A stretch of DNA of 64,000 nucleotides from Armatimonadota bacterium (GTDB lineage: Bacteria > Armatimonadota > UBA5829 > DTLH01): contig JBDKUN010000056.1 in NCBI GenBank assembly GCA_039679675.1, forward strand, positions 32,001 through 96,000, in the 5' to 3' direction. The notes below the pieces were generated by a model. The model ran no database searches and was not told the DNA's origin. It saw nothing but the letters and a program-made list of their open reading frames with translations. Both the position numbers and the translations under genes were made by a program. Below, piece after piece: positions 19,519 through 30,255 of this stretch; the stretch's first letter is position 1, and every line of letters starts with the position of its first letter.

Positions 19519-19534
19519 TGCAGAAATTGTGCCA
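19519..19534 (-). promoter_or_regulatory. Sigma54 (-24/-12) promoter
   Basis: Minus strand TGGCAC-AATTT-CTGCA (GG-N10-GC). Confidence 0.65.
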
Positions 19535-19748
19535 TACATGATGTAATATTTACGGGGAAATATTGCAATACGGAGCGCCGCAATAGGGCGAGCTGAGTGA
19601 GTCAGGCGCGGCGTTCCGCATTGCAAAGGTAAGCCCGCTAACCGGCAGCGACTGTCTATGCAATCCGCCATGCCGCAGCGGGCTTTATCTAATTATTTAT
19701 TACCGTACATTTGCCCGGTTTTTAGAGGTTATTTGCAAAACAGACACT

Positions 19749-20531
19749 CTATTTTGACGGACTATCTTCTTTACCGGCTGTAATCTTCTTCAAGAATGGC
19801 GTAAGAAGATCGATAGGTATCGGGAAGAGCGTTGTTGAGTTGTGTTCTGCCGCAACCTCTGTCAAAGTCTGCAGATACCTGAGCTGAAGTGCCTCTGGAT
19901 GCTGGCTGATGATGAGCGCTGCATCTGACAGCTTCTGAGCGGCTTGGAACTCGCCTTCGGCGTTGATGATTTTAGCCCGGCGCTCTCTTTCGACCTCTGC
20001 CTGCCTTGCCATCGCGCGTTTCATACTTTCCGGCAGCACAACGTCCCTGATCTCGACAGCCGTTACCTTGATTCCCCAAGGCTCAGTCTGTTCGTCGATG
20101 ATTGTTTGAAGCTGCATGTTCAGTTTGTCGCGCTGTGCGAGAAGTTCGTCCAGTTCTGACTGCCCGACAACACTCCTCAGTGTAGTCTGCGCGATCAAAT
20201 AAGTCGCTTTTACGTAGTTCTCGACTTTTATGATGGCGGACTCCGCATTGACGATCTGGAAATAGATGACTGCATCCACCGTGACCGGAACGTTGTCAGT
20301 GGTCATCATTTCCTGTTTTGCGACGTCCATTGTCACGATCCTGAGGTCCGTAACCCACAGTTTGTCGATGACAGGCCAGACGAATCTAACACCAGGGCCT
20401 TTGACCGAGTGGAACCGGCCCAATCTGAGCAGTACGCCTCTCTCCCACTCCCTGATTATTCGTATCGCGCTCAGGATTATCAGCGCAACGACAATTATTA
20501 CCAATCCCAAAAAAACTGCAGCAGGCGACAT
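19749..20531 (-). CDS. SPFH/stomatin (slipin) family protein
   Basis: [49 protein letters not shown]. Confidence 0.95.
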   Translation of the reverse strand: MSPAAVFLGLVIIVVALIILSAIRIIREWERGVLLRLGRFHSVKGPGVRFVWPVIDKLWVTDLRIVTMDVAKQEMMTTDNVPVTVDAVIYFQIVNAESAIIKVENYVKATYLIAQTTLRSVVGQSELDELLAQRDKLNMQLQTIIDEQTEPWGIKVTAVEIRDVVLPESMKRAMARQAEVERERRAKIINAEGEFQAAQKLSDAALIISQHPEALQLRYLQTLTEVAAEHNSTTLFPIPIDLLTPFLKKITAGKEDSPSK

Positions 20532-21883
20532 TACTTTAGCTCCTCCTTTGATTCATTGTTTTCTTTGACGACTATCATTTTGAGGCCGTCCATACCGACA
20601 ATTCTGATTATATCTCCCTTATTGATTGGCTCGCCGGTGGTTTCGGCTGTCCACCAGGCTCCTTCCGTAAAGACCTTTCCGGTTGGGGCGATGTCGGTTT
20701 TCGCCAACAGTACCCGGCCTACGACGCCTTCTCTTCCCGTTACCACAGGGCGCCTCAATGCACGCACTCCCAACCCGACGAGGAATATAATGAACGCGGC
20801 GGTGACCAGTGTCCCAGCGATAAGGAGCGCAATGGATATTCTAAACGCAGGCGACCCGCTCCCGAAGAGTATCAACGCTCCGAAGAAGAACGCCACAATT
20901 CCTCCGATGCTCAAAACCCCGTGGCTCATGACCTTGATGTCGGCAAGCATCATTCCTACTCCAGCAACCACTAAAATAAGCCCTGAGAAGTTTACCGGCA
21001 GTATGCTGACTGAATACAGGAAAAGAACGAGCGAAACCACACCGATAACACCGGGATATGTGGCCCCAGGAGTATGTATTTCAAATATAATCCCATATAT
21101 GGCGAGAAGCAGCAGTATAAACGCAACATCCGGGTTTGCAACATAATGCAACAGCTCTTTATACCAGGGCATGTCGAATTCCACAATCGGCGCGTTCTTT
21201 ACTGCAAGTGTTACGTTTCCAGCCGCTGTTTTGACTGTCCTGCCATCGGCTTTGTTTAGCATGTCCCGCATGTCCACAGCGATGAAGTCCACGACATTCT
21301 TCTTGACGGCTTCCTCCGCTGTGATATTGGCCGATCTTCTGACGGCCGCTTCAGCCCAGTCAGCGTTTCTGCCACGCTCTTTGGCTATGGATCTGATGAA
21401 AGAGACCGAATCGTTGACGATTTTCTCTGTCATAACGTCTTTTTCAGACTCATCCCCGCCTTGTTGGCTTTTTTGAGGGTCTCCAAGAGAGAGTGTGCTG
21501 ACTGGGTGGGCCGATCCGATCCTGGTATCCGGTGCCATAACGGCGACATTCGCCGCAAGCGTGATGAATGTCCCTGCTGATGCTGCCCGTGCTGTTCGGG
21601 GATACACATAGACGATCACAGGCACGCGCGATTCCAGCATCGCTCTTACTATATCAGTGGTGGACGTAAGGAGCCCGCCCGGCGTGTCCATTTGAATGAC
21701 TACTGCGGCAGCCCGTTCATTCTCGGCTCTCTTTATACCGGATACGATATACTGGGCCATTGTGGGCTCAATGGAGCTGTCGAGTTTGAGCACATGGACC
21801 GGCGCGTTAGCTGCATTTACCGGTAGAGCCGGAGCGATAATTGCAAGTGCGAGAATTCCCAGAATAAGCAATCGAGGTTTCAT
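20531..21883 (-). CDS. nfeD: NfeD-family membrane-bound ClpP-like serine protease
   Basis: MDTPGG, AASAG, IGSAHPV, TM block, C-terminal OB (GAWWTA); classic pairing with stomatin. Confidence 0.92.
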   Translation of the reverse strand: MKPRLLILGILALAIIAPALPVNAANAPVHVLKLDSSIEPTMAQYIVSGIKRAENERAAAVVIQMDTPGGLLTSTTDIVRAMLESRVPVIVYVYPRTARAASAGTFITLAANVAVMAPDTRIGSAHPVSTLSLGDPQKSQQGGDESEKDVMTEKIVNDSVSFIRSIAKERGRNADWAEAAVRRSANITAEEAVKKNVVDFIAVDMRDMLNKADGRTVKTAAGNVTLAVKNAPIVEFDMPWYKELLHYVANPDVAFILLLLAIYGIIFEIHTPGATYPGVIGVVSLVLFLYSVSILPVNFSGLILVVAGVGMMLADIKVMSHGVLSIGGIVAFFFGALILFGSGSPAFRISIALLIAGTLVTAAFIIFLVGLGVRALRRPVVTGREGVVGRVLLAKTDIAPTGKVFTEGAWWTAETTGEPINKGDIIRIVGMDGLKMIVVKENNESKEELK

Positions 21884-22217
21884 AACATCACCTGTTGATT
21901 TTAGACTGTTTTCTTAATAACCAATCGTATACCAACTATTGCCGGTAATTTGCAACTACGCACAAGTGCTATTGATACGTTCTATGTTCAATTAGCCGCA
22001 GTCCAGCCAATTTCCTTCAAGAATAGAATCTCTTTTTGATCAATCTTTGAGTTTAGCGCCTTAGCTCACGGGGAAGTAGTATAAATAGCCCGTAAACCAG
22101 GCAGGCTGGCTGCAGGGTTTTGGCAAGTGACTTATCGAGTATCAAACATCAGTTTCAGCCAAAACTCCTTATTACGCGAAACTCTTTAGATTATTTTCCA
22201 AATATTTTACGGATGGA

Positions 22218-22243
22218 GGTAATCAGGTAAGCCTGCCTGCGTC
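22218..22243 (+). promoter_or_regulatory. Possible ECF-type promoter for the SLH/porin gene
   Basis: GGTAAT-N16-CGTC, same spacing as 8280-8305. Confidence 0.4.
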
Positions 22244-22504
22244 AGTAGCTAATGAAAAGCTTAGCGAGCAAGCTCAGTCGTTAGGCTTAAAAAGCGGCTA
22301 TCGCGCTCAAGACGGACAGGTGGGAAAGGAGGTGAAAAACCTTGAATGGCCTGAAGAACCGTCGGGCGATAGTAATAGGCTTGGAGGAAAAAAAGATGTA
22401 TCGAGTCGATGTAACGGGTAGGAAACTTTGGATACTGGCCGTGTAAGACTCAAAAACGCTGCAAACCTCCAGCCAAGTCGAAGAGACATTCAAGGAGGAA
22501 GATA

Positions 22505-24445
22505 ATGAAGAAAGTTTTACTTGGCGTATTCGTCTTGGGTCTTATGCTTGTAGCATCATACGCATTTGCCCAGGGACCTTTCGCCGATGTTCCTACAGAT
22601 CATTGGGCATACGATGCAGTCAATGAGCTGCAGGAAGCCGGGATAGTTATTGGTTATCCTGATGGCACATTTGGTGGCCGCAGGGCTATGACTCGCTATG
22701 AGTTCGCAGTCGCTGTTGCCAGAATGATTCCTGTAATCGAGCAGAAAGTCACGGAGTCAGTAACACAGACCCCTGGCGTGACAGCCGATCAGTTAAACAA
22801 GCTCGATCAGCGCGTAACCGCGCTGGAGCAGAAGCCCGCTGCCGCTGCTGGAGTTACACAGGAGCAGCTTGCTTCCATCCAGAGGCTGGTAAACGAGTTC
22901 CGTGATGAGCTCGCAGCCCTCGGCGTTGACGTTGATACTCTCAAGAGAGACGTTGCTTCACTCGCAGCTCGCGTTGATGCAATCGAGAAAGAGCAGCAGA
23001 GAGTAAAGATCACAGGCGAGCTCGATCCGTTCGCAATCGCAACGAGCGTTGATACCAACACTCCGTTCGATCGGGACGGCCGCGCACTCCAGCCCGAAGG
23101 CCCTGCAGCCGGCGACCTGGTCAACTCAATTGACTTTGTCCGCAACATGGACCTGGGGATCAATGGTAGTCTTGCTCCGTCAGTCAACGTAGTTGCCGAT
23201 ATCAACTATGGCAACTATATCCCGACATACCTTGGCGGTGTAGTGACCGACTATACCGGCACAGTCCGACCGGACAACGTAGCTGGCGATGACTTCTTCC
23301 CGTACTATATGTACGCGCAGGCAGGGTTAGGCAAGGGTGCCCTCAAAGTAGGACGAATCCCCGTACAGTACACACCCTACACTATGAAGAAGATCGATGT
23401 TGACAGCTATACCAACATCAAGGTCACAGATTCCGGCGATTACCCGCTTGACGGCGCAGCAATGGCCTGGAAATTCGGCAACGTTAGCGTAAACTCGTTC
23501 GCAGCCAAGACAAACAACAACAGCGTTCTCGGTGCAGGACTTGTTTCCCAGCCGACAATCGCTCTCTATGATGACGTAGCACCGTTCCCGACAATAGTCT
23601 CTGGTGCTCCGTTCAACGTAGCCGGTGGACACGCTGCTGGTGGTCTTACGACCATCAACCAGGCAGCTGGCACACAGGTAAGATTCGGCACACCGTTCCA
23701 GGGCAACCTGGGCGTGACCTTCATTGAAGCAGTTGGACCTGTTGCAACAACAGCTACAGTTGGTGCTGCAACTTCATACGACACCGTTGATATACTTGGT
23801 GCCGATGGTAAATGGCAGTTCGGTAAGTTCATGGTTGGTGCTGAGTACGCTCAGACCAAGACAACCGGCGATGCCGGTGTTGCCGACGTCGATGACAACA
23901 ATACAGCAATCGATGCCAACGTAGGCTTCGGCGCTGGCAAGCTCGGCGTCAAACTCGGCTGGAAACAGGTCGAGAACAACTTCACCGCTCCTGGTTATTG
24001 GGACAAGATCGGTATGTGGACCAACCCGACAAACGTCGAGGGCCCATATCTTAACCTTGGTTACCCGATTATGCCGAACCTGAACCTAGTTGCTAACGCA
24101 GCCTTCTATTCAGGTGCCAACGATCTGCCGACGTCTTTAGTTCCCGCCGTTATCAATACAACTGATGACGATCTGTGGAAGGCTGACCTCGGACTTCGCT
24201 GGGGTATCTCAACTGCGAACTCACTTAACCTCGGTTATGAGTACGTAAAATGGGAACCGGATGGTGCAGACAACACCAAAGAGACATACCTGACACTCGG
24301 TTGGGGTTTCCAGATCAATCCGAGCGCCGGTTTGAATATCGGCTACCAGATAATCGACTACAGCCCGGATGGGACAGTATGTCCTTACGGCACAGCCGAT
24401 TACAAGGGCTCGGTTGCAGTCGCTCAGTTCAAGGCTAGATTCTAG
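22505..24445 (+). CDS. SLH domain + coiled coil + beta-barrel outer-membrane protein (OmpM/SlpA-like)
   Basis: Signal peptide, FADVPTDHWAYDAV..GYPDGTF..TRYEFA SLH, EFRDELAALG coil, beta-rich C-half ending in Phe, strong SD. Confidence 0.9.
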   Translation: MKKVLLGVFVLGLMLVASYAFAQGPFADVPTDHWAYDAVNELQEAGIVIGYPDGTFGGRRAMTRYEFAVAVARMIPVIEQKVTESVTQTPGVTADQLNKLDQRVTALEQKPAAAAGVTQEQLASIQRLVNEFRDELAALGVDVDTLKRDVASLAARVDAIEKEQQRVKITGELDPFAIATSVDTNTPFDRDGRALQPEGPAAGDLVNSIDFVRNMDLGINGSLAPSVNVVADINYGNYIPTYLGGVVTDYTGTVRPDNVAGDDFFPYYMYAQAGLGKGALKVGRIPVQYTPYTMKKIDVDSYTNIKVTDSGDYPLDGAAMAWKFGNVSVNSFAAKTNNNSVLGAGLVSQPTIALYDDVAPFPTIVSGAPFNVAGGHAAGGLTTINQAAGTQVRFGTPFQGNLGVTFIEAVGPVATTATVGAATSYDTVDILGADGKWQFGKFMVGAEYAQTKTTGDAGVADVDDNNTAIDANVGFGAGKLGVKLGWKQVENNFTAPGYWDKIGMWTNPTNVEGPYLNLGYPIMPNLNLVANAAFYSGANDLPTSLVPAVINTTDDDLWKADLGLRWGISTANSLNLGYEYVKWEPDGADNTKETYLTLGWGFQINPSAGLNIGYQIIDYSPDGTVCPYGTADYKGSVAVAQFKARF

Positions 24446-24476
24446 TCTGAATATCGACTGATTAACTGAAAAAACG

Positions 24477-24511
24477 AAAGGCCCCCGCGGCGTAAGCTGC
24501 GGGGGCTTTTT
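24477..24511 (+). terminator. Intrinsic terminator
   Basis: GCCCCCGCGGC-GTAA-GCTGCGGGGGC-TTTTT. Confidence 0.85.
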
Positions 24512-24541
24512 GCACATTTTACAATAAAAAAGGGTTGGTTA

Positions 24542-24576
24542 CGTATGCCGAACGGCACGTACGGTGATGCGAGAGG
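24542..24576 (+). mobile_element. Remnant of class C group II intron domain V
   Basis: CGTATGCCGAACGGCACGTACGGTGATGCGAGAGG resembles IIC DV (CCGTATACCGAACGGTACGTACGGTGGTGTGAGAGG). Confidence 0.65.
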
Positions 24577-24644
24577 TGAACCTAATAGTGCTTAGTAAAG
24601 TTGATTATGTCATTTAGCCCATGTTTTCTACGAACAATAACGGG

Positions 24645-26135
24645 CTAGTTGGCTGTTATGTGCTTCTTTGCCTCTGTAAGGAATATGTCAGCATCTTCTT
24701 TTTCAGAGGTTTTGTTGGTTTCGAGGTATCTGAGCATGCTTGCGCAGGATTGGGAAAGCAGACTGCAGCCAAGCACCCGGTGGCGATTTATGGATACCCG
24801 GTCTTCAGGAGGTGTAAGCGCTTGAAGTAAGGCACTGATCGACTGCGCGCGTTTGCTGAGGTCCTGCACCTGGTTATAATACGCTTCTCTGGTGGTCTCT
24901 TTCTGGGAGAACGATGTATACCCGTTATCGAGCTGAGTCAGAATATCGTTCAGATCCTTCTCGGCAATACTCATAAACCGCGGATAATATGTGTCCGTGA
25001 AAACCTTAAGTTCCGCGTTGGAGCTGATTTTCTGCATCTGGCCGAGTCCCTTCAGACTTTCGCCGTACATCGATCTTGATGCAAATAAGAGCGACAGCCG
25101 TGCATAGGGTGAAGGATTTGTTTCATCTATTTGCGCCGCAATCCTGTATTGTTTCTCTGCCTCATCGAATTTTCCAATCTGCCACTGGTAATCTCCGGCT
25201 TTTATACGCGCGTCGATGTCGTTCGGGTTCTTTTCGGCCACATTGGTGTAAATCTCAGCGGCTTTCTCAGGGGTTCCGCGTTTTTCGTAGACATGCGCCA
25301 ACTCCGCGCGTAGCGCTTCATTCTCCGGATCGATCAGCTTGGCGCGTTCCACCTCGTCGAGTGCCTGTGAAAACATCTTGCGCTCCGTATAGAGCCGGAT
25401 GAGCTTTATCCTGATATCGACATTTCGGGGGTCTGCATTTACGGCGTCACGGTATGTGAGGATTGCATTAGCCAGATCATCATCTTTGACGAACTGCCCG
25501 GCCTTACTTAAGAGCGTTTCAACTTCCACATTTTTCGGCTGATTATAGGCGGGCTCGACCAATGGAGCATTCGGACCTTCATCAGTGGGCTGAACAGCCG
25601 CCAACCCGGCTTTTACATCTTTCAGCGCTTCTTCCGAGAGCTTATAGATGATGGAACTTGTCGCGGACTGGATTGCATTGGATATCGCGCGATCGCGGTT
25701 GCTGTTGAGCGATATTCCTGCCCATGCCTGGAAATGCATGAATTTTTCCGTCTTTGTCTTTGCTATCCATACATTTACTGTGACCTTGTCTTCTGTAACG
25801 AGAACATCACCGGAGAGAACAAGATCGGTTCCTATCAGGCCGGCAAGCTGCAGCTTGGCCTCTGGAGTAGTGGCTTTGCCCATGTCTTCTGCCTTGATCC
25901 GGTGTTCCATGATTGCACGCTCGACCAGCGGGGAATCGGGTTGAAAATCGGCGATATCAGCTTTTCCGATCTGCCGCATGTAGGTCTTGATCGCTTGAGT
26001 CGTTTCGACCGCACAGATCTGGCTGGTGCCCTTATCCGGAGTCACGGGGAAAAGGAGCGCTATAGGCGGACTATCAGCAGCCTGAAGCGCTGTGCAGAGG
26101 ATCAGAAGTAAAACCAAAATGACTAGCCTGTTCAT
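24645..26135 (-). CDS. Secreted tetratricopeptide repeat protein
   Basis: Signal peptide; multiple TPR helices (DPRN, DPEN, NPND). Confidence 0.85.
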   Translation of the reverse strand: MNRLVILVLLLILCTALQAADSPPIALLFPVTPDKGTSQICAVETTQAIKTYMRQIGKADIADFQPDSPLVERAIMEHRIKAEDMGKATTPEAKLQLAGLIGTDLVLSGDVLVTEDKVTVNVWIAKTKTEKFMHFQAWAGISLNSNRDRAISNAIQSATSSIIYKLSEEALKDVKAGLAAVQPTDEGPNAPLVEPAYNQPKNVEVETLLSKAGQFVKDDDLANAILTYRDAVNADPRNVDIRIKLIRLYTERKMFSQALDEVERAKLIDPENEALRAELAHVYEKRGTPEKAAEIYTNVAEKNPNDIDARIKAGDYQWQIGKFDEAEKQYRIAAQIDETNPSPYARLSLLFASRSMYGESLKGLGQMQKISSNAELKVFTDTYYPRFMSIAEKDLNDILTQLDNGYTSFSQKETTREAYYNQVQDLSKRAQSISALLQALTPPEDRVSINRHRVLGCSLLSQSCASMLRYLETNKTSEKEDADIFLTEAKKHITAN

Positions 26136-26140
26136 AATAA

Positions 26141-27343
26141 CTATCTTCTCGAAAGGTCGTCGATATACAGCTTGCAGGTCTCGATTGCGCGATTTGCTGC
26201 GTCGACATCGATACCGGCGGCTTTTTGCGCCATATAAAGCTGGACCGCGCGCTGAAATTGAGTGATAGCAGCATCTTTTTTAGCAAGGTTGTAATAACAC
26301 ATCCCCAGCTTCTGATGATTCTCGGCCGTATCTTCCCCATTTGCAATAGTCTGCTGGTAAAGCTCGGCTGCGGACTGGTAATCCCCTCTCATGTAAGCGG
26401 TGCGGGCACTTTCGGCAGGCTTGCGGTTCGATGCCGGAGCAGGTGAATGAGAAGGCTGCGCCTGTTTTGGCTGGCTTTTGGATTGGGGCTTGGTTACGGG
26501 ATACGGAGTAAGCGCCGGTACAGTCGATGGCAAAGCAGATGGCTGTGATGGCTGTATCTGTTGATTGTAACCTTGCGTTGTGCGCGGCTCCTGCGTTCCG
26601 GTATTTGACTGCTGTGGATCATAACTCCAGGCAGGAGGCAGTGATGAAGACGGCGATTTTGTCTGCGATTGATACTGCTGCCCATAAGGCGCAGGCAGTT
26701 GGTTGCTGCTCGCGGCCTGCTGGGGCGCAGGGTTTTTCACCAGCCGTTCTCCCTTGCTCCCGCCTCTGGCTAATACTATTATCACCAGGATAACGAAAAT
26801 GATAATAACCGTTCCTGCTCCCGCCACCCAGGGGGTCGGCAGTTTCCTGATATAGGCCAAAAACTGCGGGAGGAACGGAGTATGTCTCGTTTTTGCGAAC
26901 TCATTCAGACCGTCGACTTTTGCGCACAGCTCTTCAAGCTTGCCGCGGTCCGCGACGCTGTCTTTATTTGCATCTAGCACCCATTCTACCTGCCGGATTG
27001 CCGCGCGCAGGCAGTCTTCGGCATCGTCTTTATTGCCGTGCTCAATCTGCTGGTCAGCTTTCTTCTCGTAAATAAGGGCAAGAAGCGAATGAGCGGAAGA
27101 ACTCTTCGGGTTTACGCCGAGCGACTCCTTGCACTTGGCAAAAGCCGATTCGAGCATGCCGCTTTCGTACAACTTCAGGGTCTCATAAAGCAGATCAGAA
27201 GCAGTGGCCTCGTCCGGCGTCTGAGACTGTTCCTCACTGGACTCAGGTTCGACATTCAACCCTTCGATTGCAAGCCTTTTGCCGCATTCACGGCAGAACT
27301 TACTGCTTTCCGAATTTTGTGTGCCACAACGGGTACAGATCAA
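26141..27343 (-). CDS. Zinc-ribbon + TPR + TM + Pro/Gln linker + TPR protein
   Basis: CTRCG..FCRECG, TPRs on both sides of one TM. Confidence 0.85.
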   Translation of the reverse strand: MICTRCGTQNSESSKFCRECGKRLAIEGLNVEPESSEEQSQTPDEATASDLLYETLKLYESGMLESAFAKCKESLGVNPKSSSAHSLLALIYEKKADQQIEHGNKDDAEDCLRAAIRQVEWVLDANKDSVADRGKLEELCAKVDGLNEFAKTRHTPFLPQFLAYIRKLPTPWVAGAGTVIIIFVILVIIVLARGGSKGERLVKNPAPQQAASSNQLPAPYGQQYQSQTKSPSSSLPPAWSYDPQQSNTGTQEPRTTQGYNQQIQPSQPSALPSTVPALTPYPVTKPQSKSQPKQAQPSHSPAPASNRKPAESARTAYMRGDYQSAAELYQQTIANGEDTAENHQKLGMCYYNLAKKDAAITQFQRAVQLYMAQKAAGIDVDAANRAIETCKLYIDDLSRR

Positions 27344-27382
27344 CTTTAATCAACTCCAAATAGTAAGCGATAAAGCTTATTT

Positions 27383-27576
27383 ATCACGAAAACACGAAAG
27401 GGAGAAAGGGATTAATAGGTGGATAATCGTGCTTCTCCCCGTGGTCCGGTAGGTCCACGGGGTTGGACGAACTGCGGTCCCGAAGCCTAAGGTATGTCAT
27501 TTTTCGTTGTTTCGGGACACCCTGTCCCGAAACCAGCCTCTCAATTCTCTTGTTCCCTATTCCGTGCTTTCGTGAT
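27383..27576. mobile_element. MITE-like element with imperfect terminal inverted repeats
   Basis: ATCACGAAAACACGAAAGGGA... / ...TCCCTATTCCGTGCTTTCGTGAT plus two internal perfect hairpins. Confidence 0.5.
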
Positions 27577-27585
27577 TAAGTTCGT

Positions 27586-28611
27586 TTACTCTATCAGCAC
27601 CGACTGAGCTCGGTTAAACGGTATGCCTAAATGCACATAAGCGAGCCTCGTAGCTACCCGCCCGCGCGGTGTCCGCTGAAGGAACCCGATCTGCAGCAGG
27701 TACGGCTCATAAACGTCCTCTATGGTATCGCGTTCCTCGCCTATTGCCGCCGCTATTGTCTCGATTCCGACAGGACCGCCGTCGAATTTCTCGATGATCG
27801 TCCCAAGGAACTTGCGGTCGAGGCTGTCCAGCCCTTTTGAATCGACTTCCAGCAGTTCGAGCGCTCTGTCGGCGACATCCTTGGTAATTATCCCATCCGC
27901 CCGTACCTGGGCGTAGTCACGCACCCGCTTAAGCAGCCGGTTCGTTATCCTGGGTGTCCCTCTGGACCGCCTTGCGATCTCAAGTGCGCCGTTCGGGTCT
28001 GCTTCTATGTTAAGAATACGGGCTGAACGTACCGCAATCTCCTTCAAGTCCTGATCATTGTAGAACTCAAGGTAATGGATGATCCCGAACCGCTCGCGGA
28101 GCGGCGATGTTATGAGCCCTGCGCGGGTTGTCGCTCCGATGAGCGTGTATTTCGGCAGGTCCAGCTTGAGAGTCCTGGCGCTCGGGCCTTTTCCTATGAT
28201 CAAGTCGAGCTGATAGTCCTCAAGAGCCGGATAGAGTATCTCCTCCACGGCTCTGTTCAGCCTGTGAATCTCATCCACAAAGAGCACGCTTCCCGGTTCA
28301 AGGTTAGTCAGGATCGCTGCGAGGTCGCCGGGGCGCTCTATGGCCGGTCCCGATGTTGTCCTGATCGGCGCATCCATCTCATTTGCGATAATATTCGCAA
28401 GCGTCGTTTTCCCAAGCCCCGGAGGGCCGTAGAGTAGCACGTGGTCCAGCGGCTCGCTGCGCTTTCTGGCGGCCTCTATGCAGACCCACAGGTTCTCTTT
28501 TACTTTATTTTGTCCTATATATTCATCAAGCCGCCTGGGACGAAGCGAGTATTCGATCTCGAAATCTTCTTCGCGCACTCCCTGTGTGACGACTCGGTCG
28601 TTTGTTTCCAT
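27586..28611 (-). CDS. ruvB: Holliday junction branch migration helicase RuvB
   Basis: [39 protein letters not shown]. Confidence 0.98.
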   Translation of the reverse strand: METNDRVVTQGVREEDFEIEYSLRPRRLDEYIGQNKVKENLWVCIEAARKRSEPLDHVLLYGPPGLGKTTLANIIANEMDAPIRTTSGPAIERPGDLAAILTNLEPGSVLFVDEIHRLNRAVEEILYPALEDYQLDLIIGKGPSARTLKLDLPKYTLIGATTRAGLITSPLRERFGIIHYLEFYNDQDLKEIAVRSARILNIEADPNGALEIARRSRGTPRITNRLLKRVRDYAQVRADGIITKDVADRALELLEVDSKGLDSLDRKFLGTIIEKFDGGPVGIETIAAAIGEERDTIEDVYEPYLLQIGFLQRTPRGRVATRLAYVHLGIPFNRAQSVLIE

Positions 28612-28622
28612 TGTTCTTTTCT

Positions 28623-29222
28623 CTACTGCGTAAGCTGGCGAAGCGCTAGTTTCAGCACTTCGGAAGTATCTTTCTTGTTCTTAGCCGACTTGAGGGCGTC
28701 TTCGGTCGCTCTTCTCGCAGCCTGACGGTCATAACCGAGCGCTACGAGTCCTTCGACCACATCCTGAAGCACGGCATGCTCTGCCGGAGCGGCTTTTCTG
28801 GCCCGTTCCGCCCAGGCAAGCGTAGTTATCTTCTCCTTGAGCTCCAGCGCGATCCGCTGGGCCATCTTGTTTCCGACACCGGGCACCCGGTTCAAGGACG
28901 CATAATCGTCCCGGGATATTGCCCCTACTATTTCTTCGACTTGCAGCACCGATAAAATGTTCAGTGCCACTTTGGGCCCCACGCCCGTGACGGTCAGGAG
29001 CAGCTCGAACATATTCTGCTCATCGCTCTCTCTGAACCCATAGAGCGTGATCGCATCTTCCTTCACATTAGTATACGTAAACAGCTTGACTTTGGCTCCC
29101 GGCTGAGGCATCTCTGCAATCACCGAAAGCGGAGTGTATACTTTATATCCGACTCCGCCCACATCGATTACGACATAGTCGGCCTCGACCCTCGCCAGTT
29201 CACCTATTACGTGTGCTATCAT
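28623..29222 (-). CDS. ruvA: Holliday junction branch migration protein RuvA
   Basis: DVGGVGY, LYGF, GVGPKVA, VPGVG, LVALGY. Confidence 0.97.
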   Translation of the reverse strand: MIAHVIGELARVEADYVVIDVGGVGYKVYTPLSVIAEMPQPGAKVKLFTYTNVKEDAITLYGFRESDEQNMFELLLTVTGVGPKVALNILSVLQVEEIVGAISRDDYASLNRVPGVGNKMAQRIALELKEKITTLAWAERARKAAPAEHAVLQDVVEGLVALGYDRQAARRATEDALKSAKNKKDTSEVLKLALRQLTQ

Positions 29223-29267
29223 TTCAGTTAACAGCTGAGAGCTTATAGCCGCCAGCCGGTCCTTTTC

Positions 29268-30137
29268 CTAAAAAATCACCTTGTTAAGAGGATATTCGAC
29301 TATCCCCTGGGCTCCGGCTCTCTTAAGGCGGGGGATCAGATCCCGCGCGGTCTTTTCGTCGACCATAATCTCGACAGCGGTCCATCCTTCGTCAGAGAGT
29401 GATGAGATCGTCGGGTTTTTGAGCGCGGGCAAAAGCCCGATCACCTTTTCGAGGTCGGTCCGCTCGACGTTCATCTTCAGTCCTACCAGTCCTTCGGCGG
29501 CCAGCGCAGCTCCAAGGAGCATGGAGATATTTTCCATCTTCCGCCGTTTCCACTTGTCCTGCCAACTGGATTTGTTGGCTATGAACCGTGTAGTGGAGAC
29601 CAGCAGGGTATCGACTATCCTGAGCCCGTGGGCCTTAAGCGTGCTGCCTGTTTCCGTTCCATCGACGATCGCGTCCACAAGTTCGGGGACTTTGACCTCT
29701 GTCGCGCCCCATGAGAACTCGACTTCGGCATTTACGCCGTTTGTAGCCAGGTATTGCTTCGTGACGTTCACGAGCTCCGTGGCGATCCTTTTACCTTCTA
29801 AATCTTTCGGGCAGGTTATGCAGGAATCGTTCGGGACAGCTAGTACCCATCGATATGGAAGGGCCGTTGCCTTCGAGTAATGCAGCTCAGAGACCTCATG
29901 GATGTCAGCACAACACTCCATTACGTTGTCATAACCGGTTATCCCGGCATCGAGCACCCCAGCCTCTACATAGGACGGTATTTCCTGTGCCCGGAGCAGC
30001 GTCGCCTCGATTTCATGGTCGTCGCAAGTCGGATGATAAGACCGGGCGCTCGTGCGAAAATCATAACCGGCTTTCTTGAACAGCCCGAACGTAGCATCCT
30101 GCAGACTTCCCTTTGGCAGGCCTAACTTCAATTTCAA
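29268..30137 (-). CDS. hisG: ATP phosphoribosyltransferase (long form)
   Basis: [35 protein letters not shown]-terminal regulatory domain. Confidence 0.95.
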   Translation of the reverse strand: MKLKLGLPKGSLQDATFGLFKKAGYDFRTSARSYHPTCDDHEIEATLLRAQEIPSYVEAGVLDAGITGYDNVMECCADIHEVSELHYSKATALPYRWVLAVPNDSCITCPKDLEGKRIATELVNVTKQYLATNGVNAEVEFSWGATEVKVPELVDAIVDGTETGSTLKAHGLRIVDTLLVSTTRFIANKSSWQDKWKRRKMENISMLLGAALAAEGLVGLKMNVERTDLEKVIGLLPALKNPTISSLSDEGWTAVEIMVDEKTARDLIPRLKRAGAQGIVEYPLNKVIF

Positions 30138-30255
30138 CAGTCTTACTCCTTCATTTCTATCTCTTAAGCCAAATTATACTTGTGCTTGTTCAGTGCGTCA
30201 AACAAATCGGGGTTAGCAGTGAGGGATTAGGAACAACCATCCCCCAATCTCATTA

